A stretch of DNA of 64,000 nucleotides from Candidatus Kapaibacterium sp. (GTDB taxonomy: Bacteria > Bacteroidota > Ignavibacteria > Kapaibacteriales > UBA2268), in the NCBI GenBank assembly GCA_041675005.1, contig JBAYUQ010000007.1, forward strand, positions 89 to 64,088. The letters run 5' to 3'. This document shows, one piece after another, positions 57,790 to 64,000 of this stretch; position 1 is the first letter of the stretch, and each line of letters opens with the position of its first letter. A program made the position numbers and the translations under genes. The notes beneath the pieces were generated by a model. It ran no database searches. It saw nothing but the letters and a program-made list of their open reading frames with translations, and had not been told where the DNA came from.

Positions 57790-59699
57790 AATTAGACGCA
57801 AAAATACCAGAAGGTCCGATACAAGATAAGTGGACCAAACATAAATTTGATGTTAAGTTAATTAACCCTGCTAACAAAAGAAAGTATAAGATAATAGTAG
57901 TTGGAACTGGTCTTGCAGGAGCTTCGGCAGCTGCATCTCTTTCTGAGTTGGGCTACCAAGTAGAAGCGATTACTTTCCATGATAGCTCACGTAGAGCACA
58001 CTCGATAGCTGCACAAGGTGGTATAAACTCAGCTAAGAACTATCCAAACGATGGCGATAGTGTTTGGCGTTTATTCTACGATACTGTCAAAGGGGGCGAT
58101 TTCCGTTCTCGTGAGGCGAATGTATATCGTTTGGCTCAAGTGAGTGTTGATATTATAGACCAAGCTACGGCACAAGGTGTTCCTTTCGCTCGCGAATATG
58201 GTGGAAACTTGGCTAACCGTTCATTCGGTGGCGCTCAAGTTTCTAGAACATTCTACGCTAGAGGGCAAACAGGGCAACAATTGCTATTAGGTGCTTACCA
58301 AGCATTGGCAAAAGAAGTTGAAAGCGGAAGTGTGAAGCTCCGCACAAGAAAAGAGATGATGGACATAATAGTAGTTGACGGCAAAGCTCGTGGAGTTGTA
58401 ACTAGAGACCTAGTAACTGGTGAGTTAGAAACGCATTTAGCAGACTCAGTTGTATTAGCAACTGGTGGCTACGGTAACGTATTCTACTTATCTACTAACG
58501 CACAAGCTTGTAACGTAACAGCTACTTATAGAGCATATAAGAAAGGTGCACTATTCGCTAATCCTTGTTATACTCAAATTCACCCTACTTGTATTCCTGT
58601 TAGTGGTGATTACCAATCTAAGTTGACACTGATGTCAGAGTCACTTAGAAACGATGGTAGAATTTGGGTTCCTAAAGCAAAAGGCGACAAACGTAAGCCC
58701 AGAGAAATTCCTGAAAATGAAAGAGATTATTACTTAGAAAGAAAGTACCCTAGTTTCGGTAACCTTTCTCCTAGAGATATATCGTCACGTTCTGCGAAAG
58801 AAGCATGTGATAATGGTCTTGGAATAGGTGCTACTGGATATGGAGTTTACCTAGATTTCAAAGATGCAATAGCTAGATTAGGTAGAGACACTATCGAAGA
58901 AAGATATGGTAATCTATTCGAAATGTATGAGAGAATCACTGGTGATAACCCTTACGAAACTCCTATGATGATTTACCCTGCATCGCACTATACTATGGGC
59001 GGTCTATGGGTAGATTATAACTTGATGAGTAATTTGGAAGGATTGCACGTAATCGGTGAAGCTAACTTCTCTGACCACGGAGCCAATAGATTAGGTGCAT
59101 CTGCACTTATGCAAGGTCTGGCAGATGGTTACTTCGTATTACCATATACAATAGGTAATTACTTAGCAACTGCTGATCTGAAGAAAATAGACGCTAATAC
59201 TCCTGAATGCAAGGCAACTGTAAAAGAAGTAGAGGATAAAGTCAACAAGCTAATAAATGTAAATGGAACTAAAACTCCATCTTACTTCCATAGAAAATTG
59301 GGTAAGCTAATGTGGGATAATGTAGGAATGGCTAGAAATGAAGCTGGACTGAAACACGCATTAGAAGAAATACCTAAGATTCGTGAGGAATTCTGGAAAG
59401 ACGTGAAGATAAGCGGAACCGGTGCTGAGTATAATATCTCATTAGAAAAGGCATCGAGAGTAGCTGACTTCCTTGAGTTTGCTGAGATTATGGCTTATGA
59501 CGCATTGGACAGAGACGAATCGGCTGGTGCACACTTCCGTGAGGAACACCAAACACCAGACGGCGAAGCAAAAAGAAATGACGAAGATTACAGATATGTA
59601 GCCGCTTGGGAATACAAGGGCGTTGGTCAAAGACCAGAGTTACATAAAGAAGAACTAAAATTTGAAAATGTTAAGCTAGCTGTAAGAAGCTACAAATAA
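57786..59699 (+). CDS. sdhA: succinate dehydrogenase/fumarate reductase flavoprotein subunit
   Basis: '[13 protein letters not shown]' FAD fold; 'SIAAQGGIN' (covalent FAD His region); 'HYTMGGL'. Confidence 0.9.
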   Translation: MKLDAKIPEGPIQDKWTKHKFDVKLINPANKRKYKIIVVGTGLAGASAAASLSELGYQVEAITFHDSSRRAHSIAAQGGINSAKNYPNDGDSVWRLFYDTVKGGDFRSREANVYRLAQVSVDIIDQATAQGVPFAREYGGNLANRSFGGAQVSRTFYARGQTGQQLLLGAYQALAKEVESGSVKLRTRKEMMDIIVVDGKARGVVTRDLVTGELETHLADSVVLATGGYGNVFYLSTNAQACNVTATYRAYKKGALFANPCYTQIHPTCIPVSGDYQSKLTLMSESLRNDGRIWVPKAKGDKRKPREIPENERDYYLERKYPSFGNLSPRDISSRSAKEACDNGLGIGATGYGVYLDFKDAIARLGRDTIEERYGNLFEMYERITGDNPYETPMMIYPASHYTMGGLWVDYNLMSNLEGLHVIGEANFSDHGANRLGASALMQGLADGYFVLPYTIGNYLATADLKKIDANTPECKATVKEVEDKVNKLINVNGTKTPSYFHRKLGKLMWDNVGMARNEAGLKHALEEIPKIREEFWKDVKISGTGAEYNISLEKASRVADFLEFAEIMAYDALDRDESAGAHFREEHQTPDGEAKRNDEDYRYVAAWEYKGVGQRPELHKEELKFENVKLAVRSYK

Positions 59700-59718
59700 C
59701 AATTAAGGAGAATAGAAA

Positions 59719-60471
59719 ATGAATTTAAAACTTCATATTTGGCGTCAGAAAAATAATAAAGCAGCGGGAGCTTTCGAGCAATATGCCGTGAGCGATATTT
59801 CTGAAGATATGTCATTTCTTGAAATGCTAGACGTACTGAACGAGGATTTGATAGTAGGTGGCAAAGATCCAGTAGCATTCGACCACGATTGTCGTGAGGG
59901 TATTTGTGGAGCTTGCTCTATGACTATCAACGGTAATCCTCATGGTCCTGAGAAAGCAACTACGGCCTGCCAACTTCACATGAGAAAATTCAACGATGGT
60001 CAAGAGATATACATAGAGCCATTCAAAAACAAATCATTCCCTGTAATCAGAGATTTGGTTGTGGACAGAAGCGCTCTAGATAGAATCATCGAATCTGGTG
60101 GATACATAAGTGTAAAAACTGGTTCCGCACCTGATGCAAATGATATAGCAGTAGCAAAAGCTAAATCAGATGTAGCTATGGATGCAGCGGCTTGTATTGG
60201 TTGTGGTGCATGTGTAGCGGCTTGCCCTAATGGAGCAGCTATGCTATTCACATCTGCCAAATTGAAGCACTTAAACGTGCTACCACAAGGCCAAGCAGAG
60301 AAGAAAAAGCGTACACTAGCTATGGTAGATCAGATGGACAAAGAAGGATTTGGCTCATGTACTAATCACTACGAATGTGAGGCGGCATGTCCTAAGTCAA
60401 TATCTGTTGAGTTCATATCAGAGATGAATTTCGAATATGCAAAAGCAAGAGCAACAGCATACAGAGACTAA
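59719..60471 (+). CDS. sdhB: succinate dehydrogenase/fumarate reductase iron-sulfur subunit
   Basis: 2Fe-2S '[11 protein letters not shown]'; 4Fe-4S '[14 protein letters not shown]'; '[13 protein letters not shown]'. Confidence 0.9.
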   Translation: MNLKLHIWRQKNNKAAGAFEQYAVSDISEDMSFLEMLDVLNEDLIVGGKDPVAFDHDCREGICGACSMTINGNPHGPEKATTACQLHMRKFNDGQEIYIEPFKNKSFPVIRDLVVDRSALDRIIESGGYISVKTGSAPDANDIAVAKAKSDVAMDAAACIGCGACVAACPNGAAMLFTSAKLKHLNVLPQGQAEKKKRTLAMVDQMDKEGFGSCTNHYECEAACPKSISVEFISEMNFEYAKARATAYRD

Positions 60472-60568
60472 TCGAAAACAACATAGATTATATTTTAAAA
60501 AGAACCTCGGATTTTATTCGAGGTTTTTTTGTGGGGGAATTTCATAGGGATTTTGTATATTTGGGGAA
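60463..60568. repeat. Direct repeat copy 1 (sdhB last codons + terminator + ~40 bp); matches 63346-63457
   Basis: GCATACAGAGACTAA...ACATAGATTATATTTTAAAAAGAACCTCGGATTTTATTCGAGGTTTTTTTGTGGGGGAAT...TTTTGTA vs GCTTACAGAGTCTAA...ACATAGATTATATTTTTAAAAAGACCTCGGACATTGTTCGAGTTTTTTTGTGGGGGGTAT...TTTTGTA. Confidence 0.7.
60503..60530 (+). terminator. rho-independent terminator after sdhB
   Basis: AACCTCG-gattttatt-CGAGGTT followed by TTTTTTT. Confidence 0.7.
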
Positions 60569-60591
60569 ATGAATTATTGTGACAAAACTTT

Positions 60592-62562
60592 ATGTCTATT
60601 AAAAAACTAAAGAATAAATTAAAAAATGATCAAAGGTTTTTCCCTTATAATCAGAATTATGACTTTAAATATATTAAAGAATATTTAGAAACAAATAATC
60701 TATTAGAAAGTAACTCACAAATAAGTCAAAATGTATTATGCTCAATTTACTTCAATAAATATTTTAAGTATTTTAAAGAACTATATTTTCACACATTTGA
60801 AGTAAATCAAACACCCACAGATGAATTTTTCAAAATACTCATAACCTTGCTTAATAGGGAAGTTTATATTATGGGAAAAAAAATGATGGATTCCATGGAA
60901 AACTTAGATGAGTTTCATTTTGATGAACTAATAAATAGCAAGATAGATTCAATAATACCAGAGTATGGTTTTATTAATGTACAAGGTGGCTTAGAAGCAA
61001 GTCATGAAGCACTTAATACTATAATTAATTTACATCAACTAAACAGACTTATAAGTTCAAATCCTAAAATCGATTTGAGTTCGGTAAAAAATTCATCCAA
61101 ACTTTTAACCTATTCAAACATCTATACATCTGTAAAATTTGCATATGATATGACTGTTTGGGGTAATTATTCAGTTAGCATAGATGACACTAAAGAACTA
61201 ATTAAAATAAGTTGTACGAATACACAACAAGAAAAGATAATTAAGATAGGGCAACGTAGATTTATAAGTAATATGCATTTTAGTATTGCAGTTATGATCT
61301 CAGATATAAAAAAAGAAAATAAAGTTTATAAATTTTTACTTTCAGAGTCAAACAAAAGGCGAAAGCAAAAAAGATTAAAAAGTGTTAAAGTCATTGATGG
61401 AGAAATTTATTTTAATATCGCAAAAGGAAATGATAAAGAGGAAGCAAAAAAAGAATTATTAACTATGTCTGCTGTTTTATCCCATTATCCTTTTTTAACA
61501 AAAGAGCGTCTACTAAATTTTGGAGAACTAAATATTCAAGAAGTCCTCTCAATTTTTATTGTTATTCAAAATTTATTTGAACAAGTATCTCAAATCAGCA
61601 AAGAAGAAACTAATATAATAGATCTCGAATATTTCAACCTCTTTACATTAAAGGTTAAACAAAATGTGCTAATTGAATATGTTTTAACTAAAACTAATTT
61701 TTCGAAATCACAGATTAAAAAAGTTATTGAGGCATTTGTATACAGTCAAGGATATATTAATATTTGGGAAAAACCATTAATTGAGATTAATAATTATCTA
61801 TATCCAGTTTTATTACCTTTATTACAACCTAATTTATTAAGAATTACTGACTATTTATTAGATACAGGAGGGTTTGATTTAAAGAAAAGAGGTAAATTAT
61901 TCGAAAATTATTTAAAATTTGAGCTAATAAATTCACTTAGAGAAAAAGATTATCAAATAAATATTATTAAGAATAATATCTTTAAGAATTCAAAAAAAGA
62001 TTATGAAGAAATTGATTTGATAGCTGAGTTAAAAGGAGTTACTATCATTGCAGAGATAAAGTGTATAAAGTTTCCATTTGAACCAAGAGATTATAACAGT
62101 ATGCTAAAGAGATTAACAGAAGGGACGGAACAAATTAACAGAAAAGTTGAATTTCTAAATAAATTCAAGAATGAGATTAAAGGTTTATCTTTTTTGAATA
62201 AACCTATAGTTAAGCTAGTAATTACAAATTATCCGCACTTTTCTGGATTAGTTATAAATGACGTACCAATTACTGATGCGACATTAATTGATAATTATTT
62301 TATAAATGGGGCTTTTACTAGTGGGCATATTGTATCAAATAAAGATGTGTATGATATTTATGAGGCAAGTAGTTCAAGTATAATTTACTATAATAATGAA
62401 GATGACTTATCCAAGAATCTAAAAAGTTTTTTTCACAATCCAATACCAATTGCTGAGCAACTAAAAGACGTTTATCTTAAAGAAACTCTAATATCGTTAC
62501 CAACTGCAAATCCTAAAATAGTTATGGATTTTTTCGACTTCAAACAATCACATTACATTTAG
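60592..62562 (+). CDS. large hypothetical protein with C-terminal NERD-like PD-(D/E)xK nuclease motif
   Basis: 656 aa, very AT-rich codon usage (N/K/I-rich). Residues ~450-500 'GKLFENYLKFELINSL...DYEEIDLIAELKGVTIIAEIKCIKFPFEP' fit the NERD/restriction-endonuclease-like pattern (E...hD...hhhE.K). No P-loop seen in the N-terminal 440 aa. Confidence 0.5.
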   Translation: MSIKKLKNKLKNDQRFFPYNQNYDFKYIKEYLETNNLLESNSQISQNVLCSIYFNKYFKYFKELYFHTFEVNQTPTDEFFKILITLLNREVYIMGKKMMDSMENLDEFHFDELINSKIDSIIPEYGFINVQGGLEASHEALNTIINLHQLNRLISSNPKIDLSSVKNSSKLLTYSNIYTSVKFAYDMTVWGNYSVSIDDTKELIKISCTNTQQEKIIKIGQRRFISNMHFSIAVMISDIKKENKVYKFLLSESNKRRKQKRLKSVKVIDGEIYFNIAKGNDKEEAKKELLTMSAVLSHYPFLTKERLLNFGELNIQEVLSIFIVIQNLFEQVSQISKEETNIIDLEYFNLFTLKVKQNVLIEYVLTKTNFSKSQIKKVIEAFVYSQGYINIWEKPLIEINNYLYPVLLPLLQPNLLRITDYLLDTGGFDLKKRGKLFENYLKFELINSLREKDYQINIIKNNIFKNSKKDYEEIDLIAELKGVTIIAEIKCIKFPFEPRDYNSMLKRLTEGTEQINRKVEFLNKFKNEIKGLSFLNKPIVKLVITNYPHFSGLVINDVPITDATLIDNYFINGAFTSGHIVSNKDVYDIYEASSSSIIYYNNEDDLSKNLKSFFHNPIPIAEQLKDVYLKETLISLPTANPKIVMDFFDFKQSHYI

Positions 62563-62629
62563 GGTAAATAAAATATTGCCTAAATTAATATATATATTTT
62601 TTGTACTTTTAAAAGAATTTTTTTTAATT

Positions 62630-63208
62630 ATGAATAGCTCCAAAATTGATATTATTTACACTCAGACAGGTAATGTTTGTGTATTTGCTTCGTATTCGAT
62701 TATAATAAATTATTTTTCTAAAGGTAGGAAAAAAATCACAGCACTGTTAAATAAGTATGTTGAAGTTTATAATACCAATCCAACTGGCAATAGTGCTTTG
62801 CAATTAGAAGATTCAATTTACCATCATTATCATTCTTACTGTAAAGCAAACAAATTACGAGGATTTGAGTTTATAAGAGATCAGCATTTAAATGACAAAT
62901 TTTCTACTTACAATTATTGTACTCCTAAAATAATTGCTGTAAATAATAATCACACTGTACTCCCATCTCATCATAATATCAGTTTGAGAAAAAAATTAAA
63001 AAGAGGTGGACTTGCAATGGTTCTTTATCAATCAGGAAATAAACTATTTCATTCAATTGTAATCGGATTTGATAAACGTAAAGGTGGATTTTTTATTAGG
63101 AATCCACAACAATTTCAAAATCATCCTTTATTAAGCAGAACAGACTTCCTAAAAAATAATGATATTTTAGAGTATATTCTTTTTGAGCGTATTAAAAGAA
63201 GGAATTGA
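62630..63208 (+). CDS. hypothetical protein with papain-like Cys/His candidate motifs
   Basis: ORF track starts at a TTG at 62576. The first ATG (62630) gives MNSSKIDIIYTQTGNVCVFASYSII..., a Q..N.C..AS pattern like C39-like/papain-fold nucleophile sites. Later 'LFHSIVIGFD' and 'IRNPQ' are candidate His and Asn/Asp. Confidence 0.4.
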   Translation: MNSSKIDIIYTQTGNVCVFASYSIIINYFSKGRKKITALLNKYVEVYNTNPTGNSALQLEDSIYHHYHSYCKANKLRGFEFIRDQHLNDKFSTYNYCTPKIIAVNNNHTVLPSHHNISLRKKLKRGGLAMVLYQSGNKLFHSIVIGFDKRKGGFFIRNPQQFQNHPLLSRTDFLKNNDILEYILFERIKRRN

Positions 63209-63212
63209 ATCT

Positions 63213-63362
63213 ATGAAATACACGACTGAAGATATTGAACTTATTAAAGCACAAAAGAAAATGCTAGAAATGAGTGAGGTCGATATAAAGAACGGAAGAC
63301 TCATCTTGCAAGAGGCATTGAATAAGAGAAACTTAGAATGGCTAAACGCTTACAGAGTCTAA
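63213..63362 (+). CDS. 49-aa ORF whose last five codons duplicate the sdhB 3' end
   Basis: MKYTTEDIELIKAQKKMLEMSEVDIKNGRLILQEALNKRNLEWLNAYRV*. Ends in ...AYRV* (GCTTACAGAGTCTAA), against sdhB ...AYRD* (GCATACAGAGACTAA). Lies inside repeat copy 2. Confidence 0.3.
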   Translation: MKYTTEDIELIKAQKKMLEMSEVDIKNGRLILQEALNKRNLEWLNAYRV

Positions 63363-63457
63363 GCTCAGCCACATAGATTATATTTTTAAAAAGACCTCGG
63401 ACATTGTTCGAGTTTTTTTGTGGGGGGTATGACAGGAATTTTGTAACTTTGGTGGTT
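63346..63457. repeat. Direct repeat copy 2 (degenerate sdhB-end/terminator copy)
   Basis: See copy 1. The hairpin is weakened here (CCTCGG-acattgtt-CGAG). Confidence 0.7.
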
Positions 63458-63494
63458 AAACAGTTATTTAATTACATCAAAAGAACCAAACAAT

Positions 63495-63899
63495 ATGGCA
63501 CAAAAAGAAATTAACTTAAGTACTGAAGTTTCTAGCTTATTAGATGAAATAAACCACCCATTTAGAAATGAGATTGAAATTCTGCGAAATTGTATATTGA
63601 ACGCAAATAACGATTTGGAAGAGAATATAAAATGGAATGGACCAAACTATTGTTTTGACAATGAAGATAGAATCACAATGAGAGTGCAACCACCTACTAA
63701 ACAAGTTCAATTGATTTTTCATAGAGGAGCTAAAAAGCAGGAACAACCGAAGAATAAACTAATTGAAAGTAAAAGCAAACTGTTAGTTTGGAAAGAAAAT
63801 GACAGAGCCATTATAACTTTTAAAAGTTTGAATGATATCGAAGGTGCAATAGAAGAATTGTCAATAATTGTAAATGAATGGATAAGTAACACGAAGTAA
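63495..63899 (+). CDS. DUF1801 (YdhG-like) domain protein
   Basis: 134 aa; 'ENIKWNGPNYCF' and the overall pattern resemble the DUF1801 family. Tentative. Confidence 0.4.
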   Translation: MAQKEINLSTEVSSLLDEINHPFRNEIEILRNCILNANNDLEENIKWNGPNYCFDNEDRITMRVQPPTKQVQLIFHRGAKKQEQPKNKLIESKSKLLVWKENDRAIITFKSLNDIEGAIEELSIIVNEWISNTK

Positions 63900-64000
63900 G
63901 GGGTAAATTTGTTCATATACTTGATGTTGAAGGTAATAAAGTTGAACTATGGGAAGAGATATACTAAAGCGAAAGAACAACCTAATTTTTTTTGCACTTC

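Noticed and set aside
1-64000. CRISPR arrays, cas genes, reverse transcriptases (retron/DGR), rRNA genes
   Set aside because: I scanned for regularly spaced short direct repeats and for RT/Cas hallmark motifs and found none. The only short repeats are the TAAAAGTTCAGTG motif (4 copies), the 136-bp module (2 copies) and the sdhB-terminator repeat (2 copies).

Overview
AT-rich bacterial window. T9SS C-terminal sorting domains, a BatA-type double-TM protein and a b558-type sdhCAB suggest an FCB-group (Bacteroidota/Ignavibacteriota-like) genome; I cannot assign it further. (1) 1-14307 is the right-hand end of an integrated prophage or integrative element. It carries early/replication-type genes with Shine-Dalgarno leaders (SMC-like ATPase fragment, DnaQ-like exonuclease, ASCH-like protein) up to a bidirectional terminator at 4751-4779. 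An ~8-kb accessory block follows, with secreted and regulatory genes: a T9SS-sorted beta-propeller, a Cys/Trp-rich secreted protein, an HTH plus TPR-membrane sensor operon, a small Cys-rich secreted peptide, an S1 protease, a TM2 protein, and a secreted papain-like/GGCT pair. The block ends at a tyrosine integrase that abuts the 3' end of tRNA-Lys(UUU). (2) Chromosomal core, part 1: dxs, an OmpA-family protein, a large exopolysaccharide/glycosylation locus (GT2s, WbaP-like sugar transferase, Wza-like exporter, wecB, rfbB) with accA embedded, then a GH3 hexosaminidase, ltaE, ispE and a LolE-like permease. (3) A polymorphic-toxin-type island at 40791-44765: an orphan RHS C-terminal tip with a toxin domain, an LRR protein, and an array of small secreted proteins and lipoproteins, with a duplicated 136-bp gene-start module. 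(4) Chromosomal core, part 2: sigma54 two-component system, a TPR lipoprotein, a BatA-N-terminal protein, rluB, two tandem paralogous NSS transporters each with a translationally coupled 41-aa membrane ORF missing from the ORF track, and sdhCAB. (5) Immediately after sdhB there is a ~2.9-kb very AT-rich insertion flanked by ~95-bp imperfect direct repeats that duplicate the sdhB 3' end and terminator. It encodes a 656-aa protein with a C-terminal NERD-like PD-(D/E)xK motif, a ~192-aa papain-like (Cys/His) candidate and a 49-aa ORF whose last codons copy the sdhB end. This is my top candidate for an undescribed accessory (defence or toxin-like) system. The prophage accessory block and the RHS island are the other regions worth follow-up. 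No CRISPR array, cas gene, reverse transcriptase or rRNA was seen.
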